IMG/VR virus record: IMGVR_UViG_3300045988_094968
Coordinates: 1 to 38,111 of that record
Source of the DNA: a virus
Length of the DNA stretch: 38,111 nt
Direction: 5' to 3' (one strand)
Part shown: positions 23,924 through 33,289 of the stretch, in pieces
Position numbering within the stretch: position 1 is the first letter of the stretch
Layout: each line of letters opens with the position of its first letter
Notes under the pieces: model-generated
Databases searched by the model: none
What the model was told of the DNA's origin: nothing
The model's input: the letters and a program-made list of their open reading frames with translations, nothing else
Translations under genes and position numbers: made by a program

Positions 23924-24283
23924 ATGGATATAGAGAAATATTTTGACAGAACAAAAATCAAGGGTGAGTATCAGCAGGCTGTTGCCGCTGAAACAGCAAA
24001 GGCGCTCACGCTGTTCTGTGAACAGGAAGCCGAATTTGAGCAGGCGATCGATCAGTCAGGCAAGAGCTTTCAGGAGTGTCTTGACAGCGCAGTCCAAGGG
24101 ATAAAGGCAAGCTGCTCAGACTTTGAAGTGTTCAGCAGAGCCGTGAAGTTTTACTTCTCCACAGCAGAGGTCCACTTCAATATGAAAATCGACCTCGTTG
24201 GCAGTGCCAGTCAGGAAGATCCGCCGATCACTATGGTCAAAAACAGCCTCGACCTGTCGCTTGACAGCCTTCTCGATTTCTGA
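23924..24283 (+). CDS. PcfK-like protein (family recalled as also annotated 'Cas9 inhibitor AcrIIA9 family')
   Basis: 119 aa with the pattern 'KSFQECLDSAV...CSDFEVFSRAVKFYF'. It lies immediately upstream of a PcfJ-like gene, which is the usual pairing. Confidence 0.6.
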   Translation: MDIEKYFDRTKIKGEYQQAVAAETAKALTLFCEQEAEFEQAIDQSGKSFQECLDSAVQGIKASCSDFEVFSRAVKFYFSTAEVHFNMKIDLVGSASQEDPPITMVKNSLDLSLDSLLDF

Positions 24284-24291
24284 GGTGCGGT

Positions 24292-25575
24292 ATGAAAAAA
24301 GAGAGAAAAGAAGCACTGCTGAGCAGTTTCCCACCTGTCCCTGATGATATAGCGGAACAGATGTGTGCCGGAAAGAATGCGGCTAATTATATCGTGTTTC
24401 TCACTCGTGGAGACGAGCTGTATGTGCGAGGCTATCATAAATATTCAAAGGGTCACGGCATTGTAGAGCGTCAGCGTTATGTATTCGCCAAGGACGGATT
24501 TGTACGATACGGCACCGATTTCAGGGGCAAGTGGAGTGTTCGCTCGGAGTTTCGTGAACCTGTGTTTTGCAGCACTGCATACGGATATTCTTTCGACAAT
24601 TCATACACAGCGCTGAATCTTCAGGCAATAAAACGATCATGTATGAAGTATTCGATGATAGATAATAAAGGCTCTCATCGTTTGATTATCGAATATCTCA
24701 GATTGTACTGCAAGCATCCGAATATCGAGTATCTGCTGAAATCAGGATACTATCCGATCGAAGAGAGAGTATCAGGATATTGGGGTGGGCGGACAAGCTT
24801 GTATGCATCGCAGAAAATCAATTGGAAAAGCAATAACCTGCTGAAAATGCTGAACCTGAACCGCACAGAATTTGCGGTATTGAAAGGCAGTGAGGGGTAT
24901 TACGAAAGATATATCTTCTGGCGCGAAAAGTTCCCGAAGATGAAGCCGGAAGATATCTTGCTCGTTGCAAAAGTGTTCAACTATGAAACCGGGACGCTAC
25001 AGCGATTATGTGAATCCACAGGGATAAAAACGCCGAGGCTTGCACGGTATCTCAGCGAAAGTGAAATAGGTACAAGGGATTACAGTGACTATATATCCCA
25101 GTGCAGGGAACTCGGGTATGATATGCATGATACAGCAATATCAATGCCGCATGACTTTCAGGCGATACATGAACGTTTGTCCGAACTGATAAAAATAAAG
25201 GTCAGTGATGAAGCAAGAGCTGCATTCGGAGAGAATTATCCTTTGCGAAAGAAGCTGGAGTACCGTTTCGGAGGTTTGTTTATCCGACAGCCCGAAAGCA
25301 TGAATGAGATCGTAGAGGAAGGTTCATTTCTGCATCATTGTGTGGGAGGATATGCTGAACGCCATGCACATGGGAAACTCCACATACTTTTCATCAGGGC
25401 AGCGGACAAGCCAGACGTTCCGTATTACACAATGGAGCTGAGCGTTTCAGGCGATATCGTTCAGGTCAGAGGGCTGAGAAACCGTGACATGACTCGCAAA
25501 GTCAAAGATTTTGTGGAGCAGTATAAAAAGTACATTGCAGAAATTTTTATTAAAAAGGAGAAGATATCGGCATGA
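24292..25575 (+). CDS. PcfJ-like protein
   Basis: 427 aa. The C-terminal signature is 'FLHHCVGGYAERHAHGKLHILFIRAADKPDVPYYTMEL...IVQVRGLRN'. Confidence 0.78.
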   Translation: MKKERKEALLSSFPPVPDDIAEQMCAGKNAANYIVFLTRGDELYVRGYHKYSKGHGIVERQRYVFAKDGFVRYGTDFRGKWSVRSEFREPVFCSTAYGYSFDNSYTALNLQAIKRSCMKYSMIDNKGSHRLIIEYLRLYCKHPNIEYLLKSGYYPIEERVSGYWGGRTSLYASQKINWKSNNLLKMLNLNRTEFAVLKGSEGYYERYIFWREKFPKMKPEDILLVAKVFNYETGTLQRLCESTGIKTPRLARYLSESEIGTRDYSDYISQCRELGYDMHDTAISMPHDFQAIHERLSELIKIKVSDEARAAFGENYPLRKKLEYRFGGLFIRQPESMNEIVEEGSFLHHCVGGYAERHAHGKLHILFIRAADKPDVPYYTMELSVSGDIVQVRGLRNRDMTRKVKDFVEQYKKYIAEIFIKKEKISA

Positions 25576-25784
25576 ATGAAAAACCTACACGCTGTATAGA
25601 TCCGGTTATCAAGTATTGTCAGGAATGCCCGCTTGGCTGGGTAAAATATCCTGACTGGGTCGAAACCCTTGAAGATCTGCGCGGCTGCACATTTGAAAGC
25701 GGATGCTGCTATGGATTTGAAAACGATGAACCCACCGAGGAAGAACTCAGGGAGTTCAATGAATGGTGTGAAAACGCACATTAA
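25572..25784 (+). CDS. Cys-rich small protein (70 aa)
   Basis: ATGA overlap with the upstream gene. 'CQECPLGW...CTFESGCCYG'. Confidence 0.55.
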   Translation: MNEKPTRCIDPVIKYCQECPLGWVKYPDWVETLEDLRGCTFESGCCYGFENDEPTEEELREFNEWCENAH

Positions 25785-25797
25785 AAGGAGAACAGGT

Positions 25798-26016
25798 ATG
25801 AATGAATTAAAGAAATACTCTACTCCTCAGCTTGTGGATGAGCTGAGAAGCAGAGCAGAAACAGGCGTATACAATTGTGACTTGTATCGTGACGATAATT
25901 ACAGGGTCACTATTAAAAAAACATATGGTGACAACATCACAATTTCACCGCCGACTTTCTGTGACGTTATCATTGTCAATCGTAAGGGTTTTCATCAGGA
26001 TATCTCCGAGAAATAA
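25798..26016 (+). CDS. Hypothetical protein (72 aa)
   Basis: AAAAGGAGA lies 7 nt before ATG 25798. The longer track ORF from 25669 overlaps the previous gene. Confidence 0.55.
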   Translation: MNELKKYSTPQLVDELRSRAETGVYNCDLYRDDNYRVTIKKTYGDNITISPPTFCDVIIVNRKGFHQDISEK

Positions 26017-26215
26017 ATCGGATATACTCGTCATAGAGCCTGTCAAAAATTTCATGCTGTTCTTTCCCGAGAGTTGATATGTACATGAACATTACATATT
26101 TTTCACAGGCAAGCGGAAAATTTTCATCTGCCAGAACATCTTTTACAAATCTTCCGACATTGTCATTGAACGCATGATAACAAGTTGTTTTCAGCCATTC
26201 TTTAAAACTAAGCAT
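25976..26215 (-). CDS. YozE-like (SAM-like fold) small protein, antisense to the early operon
   Basis: ATG 26215 follows AAAGGAGG. The product contains 'SFKEWLKTTCYHAFNDNVGRFVKDVLADENFP', resembling YozE/DUF1250. The gene overlaps the convergent gene by 41 nt. Confidence 0.6.
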   Translation of the reverse strand: MLSFKEWLKTTCYHAFNDNVGRFVKDVLADENFPLACEKYVMFMYISTLGKEQHEIFDRLYDEYIRFISRRYPDENPYD

Positions 26216-26237
26216 AACAAAACCTCCTTTCAGAAAA

Positions 26238-26266
26238 ATTATACTGCATTTTTCGGAAGGAATCAA
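26238..26266 (-). promoter_or_regulatory. Consensus-like promoter TTGATT-N17-TATAAT for the YozE-like gene
   Basis: Minus strand reads TTGATTCCTTCCGAAAAATGCAGTATAAT. Confidence 0.55.
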
Positions 26267-26278
26267 TAGGAGGAAAAT

Positions 26279-27250
26279 ATGAATGAATTATCAGTTGAAT
26301 ACGCAAAAGCGGTAGACCTTGACCGCAGAATCAAGGTGTCGGCACAGCTTGCACAGCAGAGCCTTTACGATATGTGCATGGGCTTCAAGGAAATGAGGGA
26401 CAGCAAGCTTTACAAGGAGCTGGGGTATCAGAATTTTGAGGATTACTGTGAGCAGGAAACAGAAATAAAAAAAAGGAATGTGTATAATTATATTTCTATC
26501 GTAGAAAGACTTCCTAAGAATTTTGTGCAATCGATTGCACAAATCGGAATGACAAAGTTAACGTTGCTTACAACAATTCCAGAAGAAACCCGCACCGAAA
26601 TCATAGAAACCACCGACCTCGAAACCACTTCCGTCAGAGAACTGAAAGAGAAGATAGGCTCCCTCAAAAAGACTAACGACAGACTTATGAGCAAGGTCGA
26701 TGAAGCTGAGAAGAATGCCGAGAAGTCAAGAAAAAGCGAAGAAGCTGCCTGTGGAAAACTGAGTATTCTTCAGACTGATACTGAATTTCAGAAGCAGAAG
26801 ATAGCGCAGCTTGAATCAGAGATCAGCAAGAAAGAAGAAAACATTACCGCGCTTGAGGAACAGGTCGAACAGCTTGAAAACCGTCCTATCGAGGTAGCGG
26901 TCGAGAGCAATTCCCACGAAGTAGAAAATCTCATGGACGCGATGAAGCGTGTAGACCTTGACTGGTCGCTGAAATACAGTGAGCTTCAGGAGGAGACCAT
27001 GAAAGAGACTATCAGGAACAATCAGGAGCACACTGCCGAGATCGAAAGACTCAAAGCCGAGTATGAGGAAAAGCTTGCCAATGCCGAGCCTGTTTCTGAC
27101 AGCAAGGCGGTTTTCAAGGCGTATCTTTCCAATGCTGTGGACGCAGTCAAGCGCCTTGCGGCATTTGTGCAGGAGCACCCTGATGAAGTATTTTTCAGGA
27201 ATAAGACAAGAGAGTTCTTTGAAAATATCAATAAAAGCATGGAGGTATAA
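26279..27250 (+). CDS. Early protein with a DUF3102/ParB-HTH-like N-terminus and a long coiled coil
   Basis: 323 aa. RBS AGGAGGA. The N-terminus contains 'GFKEMRDSKLYKELGYQNFEDYCEQE', followed by E/K-rich heptads. Confidence 0.6.
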   Translation: MNELSVEYAKAVDLDRRIKVSAQLAQQSLYDMCMGFKEMRDSKLYKELGYQNFEDYCEQETEIKKRNVYNYISIVERLPKNFVQSIAQIGMTKLTLLTTIPEETRTEIIETTDLETTSVRELKEKIGSLKKTNDRLMSKVDEAEKNAEKSRKSEEAACGKLSILQTDTEFQKQKIAQLESEISKKEENITALEEQVEQLENRPIEVAVESNSHEVENLMDAMKRVDLDWSLKYSELQEETMKETIRNNQEHTAEIERLKAEYEEKLANAEPVSDSKAVFKAYLSNAVDAVKRLAAFVQEHPDEVFFRNKTREFFENINKSMEV

Positions 27251-27252
27251 AA

Positions 27253-27846
27253 ATGGAGAGATTATTTGACATTTCGTCAGACTTTGCCGAGCTTTTTGAC
27301 AGGTTTGACGAAATACAGGAAATGGAGTTCGATAAGGACGAAAGCGGTCAGTACGTTGACGGCGAGGGCAATGTTGTCAATCCTGACACTTACCGCGCCG
27401 ATATGCTTCAGGCATGGTTCGATACGCTTGAAGGCATCGAGGAGGAATTTAATTTCAAAGCTGAGAACACAGCGCAGTACATAAAGTCTCTCAAAGCTGA
27501 GGAAGCTGCTATCAAAACCGAGGAGGACAATCTCAAAAAGCGCCGCCAGCAGTACGGCAGAAAAATTGAATGCATGACTACATATCTCAGAAATTGCATG
27601 GAGCAAATGGGCGTGAAAAAAATCGAAATGCCGAGGGCGCGCATTACGATCCGCAGCAATGCTCCGTCTCTTAAAATCGCCGATGAAGTTGCATTTATAA
27701 ATATGCTTCAGGACAGAAACAGGGATGATCTGCTCAAATATGAGCTTCCTGAAATACGGAAGTCTGAAATAAAAAAACTCATCAAAGCAGGCGAGGATTT
27801 TCCGGGAGCGGTTCTGGAAAGTTCAAAGTCGCTCATTATAGGATAG
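27253..27846 (+). CDS. Siphovirus Gp157-like protein
   Basis: 197 aa with the pattern 'FAELFDRFDEIQEM...AIKTEEDNLKKRRQ...IEMPRARITIR'. It precedes the AAA/helicase genes, as is typical. Confidence 0.65.
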   Translation: MERLFDISSDFAELFDRFDEIQEMEFDKDESGQYVDGEGNVVNPDTYRADMLQAWFDTLEGIEEEFNFKAENTAQYIKSLKAEEAAIKTEEDNLKKRRQQYGRKIECMTTYLRNCMEQMGVKKIEMPRARITIRSNAPSLKIADEVAFINMLQDRNRDDLLKYELPEIRKSEIKKLIKAGEDFPGAVLESSKSLIIG

Positions 27847-27858
27847 GAGGCAGATATT

Positions 27859-28638
27859 ATGGGATTACCCGTGCTTATTTTAGGATACTCGGGAAGCGGA
27901 AAGTCCGCTTCGATGCGCAACTTTGGCGCTGAGGAAGTTTCACTTGTGAACGTAAACGGAAAGCCGCTGCCGTTCAGAACAAAGTTTAAGAACGTTCTGA
28001 ATTCGGATAATTATCAGCAGATATCCGAGTTTATCAAGTCGCAGAATACCAAGGTCATAGTCATTGACGATACACAGTATCTTATGGCTAATGAATTTAT
28101 GAGACGCGCAAAGGAAACGGGATATCAGAAGTTCACGGATATAGGCAAGAACTTCTGGGAGCTTGTCAAGTTGACCGAAACCCTGCCGCCCGATGTTGTG
28201 ATATACTTCATGAACCACCTTGAAACGGGAGAGGACGGCAGAGAGAAATCAAAGACGATCGGCAAGCTTCTGGACGAGAAAATAACTGTAGAGGGGCTGT
28301 TCACTACGGTGCTCAAAACAGTCGTTGACGACGGCAAATATATGTTTGCGACCCAGACTGACGGGAACGACACCTGCAAGTCGCCTATGGGACTGTTCCC
28401 GTCAAAGTACATAGAGAACGACCTGAAATATGTTGATGATGCGATACGTGCGTATTATGGGATAGTGCCGTGCGAGGAGTGTACGGACTGCGGCAATCCT
28501 ATCCTTGCGGTCAACGGCAGGACTCCTCAGCAGATCGCAGAGGGCACTCTCAAGAATTATGGCAGAAAGCTTTGCTGGAAGTGCATGGCAAAGGAAATAA
28601 ACAAGCGCAAGGAGGCTAAGAGCAATGCCGCTTCGTGA
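27859..28638 (+). CDS. P-loop ATPase (AAA_24/Sak4-like) with a C-terminal zinc ribbon
   Basis: Walker A 'GYSGSGKS', Walker B 'VIVIDD', and 'CEECTDCGNP...CWKC'. Confidence 0.78.
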   Translation: MGLPVLILGYSGSGKSASMRNFGAEEVSLVNVNGKPLPFRTKFKNVLNSDNYQQISEFIKSQNTKVIVIDDTQYLMANEFMRRAKETGYQKFTDIGKNFWELVKLTETLPPDVVIYFMNHLETGEDGREKSKTIGKLLDEKITVEGLFTTVLKTVVDDGKYMFATQTDGNDTCKSPMGLFPSKYIENDLKYVDDAIRAYYGIVPCEECTDCGNPILAVNGRTPQQIAEGTLKNYGRKLCWKCMAKEINKRKEAKSNAAS

Positions 28639-29965
28639 TTATCAGGAGGATCTTGTGAGCCGTGTCCGCAGTGCATGGCTGCACGGTAAGCACGCTCCGT
28701 GCATAGTTCTCCCATGCGGCGGCGGTAAAAGCTGTATCGTTGCTGAAATGGCGCGCAGAGCTACAGCTAACAAGAAAAGCGTTCTCTTCCTCGTGCACCG
28801 TAAGGAGCTTTGCGAGCAGATAGAAAACACGTTCCGAAGGTGGGGAGTTGATATGCTGCGCTGCCGGGTCATGATGGTGCAGACAGCGGCGCGGAGACTG
28901 AGTAAGATACCACCGCCGTCGCTCATCATCACAGATGAAAATCACCACAGTACAGCCAACACATACAAGAAGGTGTATGAAGCGTTCCCAAACGCTCACA
29001 GGGTGGGAGTTACCGCAACTCCCATTCGGCTGGACGGTTCAGGGCTGGCAGACGTGAATGACGAACTGATCGTGGGTGTTTCGGCAAAATGGCTCATAGA
29101 ACATAACTGCCTTTCTCCGTATGAATACTATGCACCGAGCCTTGTTGACCTCACTGGGATAAAGATAAAAAAAGGCGATTATGACGTGAGTTCGGTCGAA
29201 AATCTCATGCTTAGAAAAGCCGTTTTCGGAGACGTGATAAAGTATTACAGGGAACTTGCGAACGGCAGGCAAGCGGTGTGCTACTGTGCGTCTGTACGCC
29301 ATTCAATGGAAACAGCAATGCAGTTCAATCTTGCAGGGATCGAGGCGGCACACATAGACGGCAGCACTCCCAAGTCAGAGCGCGAGCGTATTATAAATGA
29401 TTTCCGCAGGGGCGCACTTGATATACTCTGCAACGTTGACCTCATATCCGAAGGCTTTGACGTTCCCGATTGTGAGTGCGCAATTCTGCTCCGTCCTACG
29501 CAATCGCTGACGTTGTACATTCAGCAGTCTATGAGGTGCATGAGATACCGCAAGGGCAAACGCGCGGTAATAATTGACCATGTGGGAAACTATGCACGAT
29601 TCGGAATGCCCGACGCAGACCGCAGATGGTCGCTTGAAGGAAAGAAAAAGAGCCAAAAATATGAGGCTGCCGATCCTGTGAATGTAAGGCAGTGCCCTGT
29701 ATGCTTTTCAGTATTCCCGCCCAAGGACAGCGAGGGGAACAAGGTTCGGGTGTGCCCCGAGTGCGGATACGAATTTCCTGCAAAAGAGCGTTCCGAGATC
29801 GAACAGGAGCAGGCAGAGCTGACTAAAATCGAGGGATTCGTCCTTGATTTCAAAACGCCTGAGGAATGTCAGACATACGGAGAACTTCTTGACTACGCCG
29901 CGAGTCATGGGTATAAAAAAGGCTGGGCATGGTATCAGGCTAAGAAAAGGGGGCTGATAGCTTGA
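28625..29965 (+). CDS. SF2 (DEAD/DEAH-type) helicase
   Basis: Motif I 'LPCGGGKS', motif II 'DENHH', motif III 'TATP', and a C-terminal 'CPVCFSVF...CPECG'. Confidence 0.88.
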   Translation: MPLRDYQEDLVSRVRSAWLHGKHAPCIVLPCGGGKSCIVAEMARRATANKKSVLFLVHRKELCEQIENTFRRWGVDMLRCRVMMVQTAARRLSKIPPPSLIITDENHHSTANTYKKVYEAFPNAHRVGVTATPIRLDGSGLADVNDELIVGVSAKWLIEHNCLSPYEYYAPSLVDLTGIKIKKGDYDVSSVENLMLRKAVFGDVIKYYRELANGRQAVCYCASVRHSMETAMQFNLAGIEAAHIDGSTPKSERERIINDFRRGALDILCNVDLISEGFDVPDCECAILLRPTQSLTLYIQQSMRCMRYRKGKRAVIIDHVGNYARFGMPDADRRWSLEGKKKSQKYEAADPVNVRQCPVCFSVFPPKDSEGNKVRVCPECGYEFPAKERSEIEQEQAELTKIEGFVLDFKTPEECQTYGELLDYAASHGYKKGWAWYQAKKRGLIA

Positions 29966-30276
29966 CGGAAGAACACAGGATACAGAACGAGATACGGCTT
30001 GCGCTGTCGGATTCATGCGTTATTTTTCGTGTAAATGTCGGAAAGGTCAGAACCCCTGACGGGCGATACTTTGATACCGGTGTTCCCCAAGGATTTTCCG
30101 ATCTGTTCGGATTCAGAAAATCAGACGGCACGGCAGTATTCATTGAAGTAAAAACGCCGAAAGGCAGACCAACAGACCAACAAAAACTATTCCTCGCCGC
30201 TATGCAGAAATACGGTGCAATTGCAGGTATATGCAGAAGCGCAGAGGATGCACTCAAATTGATCGGAGGTAAATAA
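29962..30276 (+). CDS. VRR-NUC nuclease
   Basis: TTG start 9 nt after AAAAGGGGG. 'GFSDLFGF...FIEVKTPKGRPTDQQKLF' carries the D...E-x-K motif. Confidence 0.8.
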   Translation: MTEEHRIQNEIRLALSDSCVIFRVNVGKVRTPDGRYFDTGVPQGFSDLFGFRKSDGTAVFIEVKTPKGRPTDQQKLFLAAMQKYGAIAGICRSAEDALKLIGGK

Positions 30277-30277
30277 T

Positions 30278-30835
30278 ATGGGATTTTCAACAAACTACGA
30301 AGATGTGAACGACGATTTTGGTATTATTCCGGAGGGCGACTATGAAGTAGTCATCAGGAATATCGAAGAACGTACCACTATGAGCGGAGCGACAGGGCTG
30401 AACCTTTCGCTCATCATCAGAAATGATGTTGACCAGAAGTTCAAGGACCGTTATCTTTTCCATACGCTGTGGAAACGGAAAGAGCCGACACAGGCAGATA
30501 TGCAGGTTCAGGGCTACAGCTTCAAGCAGATCATGAGGCTTGCAAAATCGGCAAAGCTCCCGAACGGCAAGGCGTATGAAACTGTCAGGGATATGTGCAT
30601 GGATCTTATGCACCGCCCGCTGAAAGTTACAGTCGAGCACAGAGAGTGGAACGGTAAGCAGCAGGAAAACATAAAGTACATAAACGAAAGCAGATTCCCC
30701 GAATGCAAACACGTTTTCAAGGAAAAGAAAACCACAGCACATCAGGAAACGCCTGCCGCTGTTCAGCCGACTGTTTCAGTTAGTGATCTGGGCGATTTCG
30801 AGGAGATACTCACAGACGCAGAAGTCCCGTTTTAA
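30278..30835 (+). CDS. DUF669-like protein (replication module)
   Basis: 185 aa with 'IIPEGDYEVVIRNIEE' at the N-terminus. It sits in the usual position between the VRR-NUC and primase genes. Confidence 0.55.
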   Translation: MGFSTNYEDVNDDFGIIPEGDYEVVIRNIEERTTMSGATGLNLSLIIRNDVDQKFKDRYLFHTLWKRKEPTQADMQVQGYSFKQIMRLAKSAKLPNGKAYETVRDMCMDLMHRPLKVTVEHREWNGKQQENIKYINESRFPECKHVFKEKKTTAHQETPAAVQPTVSVSDLGDFEEILTDAEVPF

Positions 30836-30844
30836 GGAGGCAGA

Positions 30845-33091
30845 ATGTACGAATTTATACCTAATGAGCTGAAGAAGCTCAGAAACTGGGTATGCTGGAA
30901 AGCCGAGCCGGACCCGAGGTCGCACAGCGGGATCAGCAAGAAACCTATAAACCCGAAAACCGGAGGACAGGCTATGTCCAACAACCCCGATACATGGAGT
31001 GATTTTGAAACGGCAGCAGAGGTCTCTTCTGATTTCGCAGGAATAGGATTTATGTTCAGTAACTCAGGTTATTTCGGTGTTGACCTCGATAATATCGACG
31101 TAAAAGGCAGCCTTGCGTCTGAATTCGTAAACGCACTGCAAAGCTACACCGAATTGTCGCAGTCGGGAAACGGTATCCATATCATTTGCAAGGGAAAGCT
31201 TCCCGAGGGTGGCAGACGCAGGGGCAACATCGAGATGTATGACAGCGGACGATTTTTTGTAATGACAGGAAATTACTGCTCGGAATTCATTGATATTTCA
31301 GATTGCACTGAAAAAATAAAACCTCTGCACGAGAAGTATCTCGGCACTCCGAAACAGGCGGCAGGAAAGACACTGCCTGCCGCTGCGGATGTGCAGTCTT
31401 TGATAAGCAGGGCAATATCATCTGCAAACGGTGACAAGTTCAGCCGACTCTACGGTGGCGACTGGTCTGACTATGCATCACAATCGGAAGCTGACATGGC
31501 GTTTTGCAATATGCTTGCATTCTGGTGTGCGGGAGACGCTGAAAAAATGGACAGCATTTACCGCAGTTCGGGTCTTATGCGCGAAAAATGGGATCGCAGG
31601 CAATCAGGCAGTACATACGGCAAGCTTACAATTTCAAAGGCTGTAAGTCAATGTGATACGTTCTACGGGCAGAAAGAAAGCTATGAAGGAATAAGCATAA
31701 AGGGCAGAGATCTGCCTGAGCCGTCATCGACTGTAAAAAAGCACTATTCTCTTGACGATACGGGAAATGCCCAGCGGCTTACAGACGCTTTTGGCGATAT
31801 ACTCAAATGGTCATATATAGACAAGAATTGGCTTTATTATAAGGACGGCAAGTGGAACTATGACAATATCGGCTATCACAGAACTGTCGCGGACAGTGCG
31901 GTCGAGCTTATTGAAAAGGAGCGGTCTTATTATTCCGATGACGGCGACAAGGAAAAAGCTTTCGAGAAACATATCAAGCGCTCGCGGAGCTTTACGGGCA
32001 AAACCAATATGCTGAGAGAGGCGGAGCATTATTCTCCGCTCCTCCCATCGATGATGGATAAGAAAAAGAACTATCTGAACTGCCGAAACGGTATCTTTGA
32101 CCTGAAAACAGGTCAGCTCATGCCGCACAGGAAAGAAGCATATATAACGAAGATCACCCGATGCCCTTACGTTGAAGATCCTGTTGATATCCCACAATGG
32201 ACAAAGTTCCTGAACGATATTTTTGGCGGCGACAGAGACCTTATACGCTACATCCAGAAAGCTGTCGGCTACAGTCTCAGCGGTTCAACGGCAGAGCAGT
32301 GCGCGTTCTTCCTGTTCGGCACGGGACGAAACGGCAAGTCTACGTTCCTTGAAATAATCCGTTGTATTTTCGGCGATTATGCTACGAACATACAGCCGCA
32401 GACGATAATGGTCAAGCCGTCATCTGGCAACACTGCAAACAGCGATATCGCACGTCTGAAAGGTTCGCGTCTGGTTACGAGCGTTGAGCCTAATGAGGGT
32501 ATGCGCATTGATGAGGGGCTTCTGAAACAGCTCACAGGTGATGATGTGGTGACTGCCCGCAAGCTGTTTGCGGAAGAATTCGAGTTCAAGCCTGAGTTCA
32601 AGCTGTGGATGGCGACAAACCATAAGCCGATAATACGCGGCACGGATACGGGTATATGGCGAAGGATCCACCTGATACCGTTTGAAGTTCAGATACCGTC
32701 CGACAAGGTGGACAGGCATTTGAAATACAAGCTTGCACAGGAACTTGATGGGATATTCCGCTGGGCTATAGACGGCTGTATGCTTTGGCAGAAAGAGGGT
32801 CTGCGTATGCCGAAAGCTGTTCTTGACGCAGTAAAGGAGTATCAGCATGAAATGGACGTTATATCTGCGTTCATCGACAGTTGCTGTATTACGGGAGGGG
32901 GAGAAGTGAAAGCGTCCCAGTTGTATTCCGTGTACGCAAGGTGGGCAGATGAAAACAACGAGTACAAGATGAGCAACACGAAATTCGGAGTTGAAATGCA
33001 GAAAAAGTTTGAACGTGTAAAGAGGCGTGATGGCTGGTTCTACTCAGGAATTGCTTTAGGAAGTGAAAATTATTCGGTTTCTATCGGTTAA
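30845..33091 (+). CDS. Bifunctional primase-polymerase / D5-P4-type replicative helicase
   Basis: 748 aa. The N-terminus has 'LRNWVCWK...GIGFMF...GVDLD', followed by Walker A 'GTGRNGKST' and Walker B 'LVTSVEPNEG'. Confidence 0.9.
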   Translation: MYEFIPNELKKLRNWVCWKAEPDPRSHSGISKKPINPKTGGQAMSNNPDTWSDFETAAEVSSDFAGIGFMFSNSGYFGVDLDNIDVKGSLASEFVNALQSYTELSQSGNGIHIICKGKLPEGGRRRGNIEMYDSGRFFVMTGNYCSEFIDISDCTEKIKPLHEKYLGTPKQAAGKTLPAAADVQSLISRAISSANGDKFSRLYGGDWSDYASQSEADMAFCNMLAFWCAGDAEKMDSIYRSSGLMREKWDRRQSGSTYGKLTISKAVSQCDTFYGQKESYEGISIKGRDLPEPSSTVKKHYSLDDTGNAQRLTDAFGDILKWSYIDKNWLYYKDGKWNYDNIGYHRTVADSAVELIEKERSYYSDDGDKEKAFEKHIKRSRSFTGKTNMLREAEHYSPLLPSMMDKKKNYLNCRNGIFDLKTGQLMPHRKEAYITKITRCPYVEDPVDIPQWTKFLNDIFGGDRDLIRYIQKAVGYSLSGSTAEQCAFFLFGTGRNGKSTFLEIIRCIFGDYATNIQPQTIMVKPSSGNTANSDIARLKGSRLVTSVEPNEGMRIDEGLLKQLTGDDVVTARKLFAEEFEFKPEFKLWMATNHKPIIRGTDTGIWRRIHLIPFEVQIPSDKVDRHLKYKLAQELDGIFRWAIDGCMLWQKEGLRMPKAVLDAVKEYQHEMDVISAFIDSCCITGGGEVKASQLYSVYARWADENNEYKMSNTKFGVEMQKKFERVKRRDGWFYSGIALGSENYSVSIG

Positions 33092-33204
33092 GTGTGACGG
33101 GTGTGACGGGTTGACGGGTTTTTACTATTCTTCATGTAAAAAAATAGAAATGAATTTATATATAAGGAATAGGAAAAGGGTGCAAACCCGTCACACCCGT
33201 CACA
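33092..33204. repeat. Iteron cluster and AT-rich spacer; putative replication origin
   Basis: TGTGACGGG x2 plus TTGACGGG (33093-33118), a 68-nt AT-rich segment, then CCCGTCACA x2 (33187-33204). The outer 18 nt are perfectly inverted. Confidence 0.5.
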
Positions 33205-33289
33205 GGGAGGTGATTTTATAATATACGATTTCAGTGATCCGAAACAATTCAAGGCACTTGAGCGTCAGGCTTATGACGGAACGGTCGAT

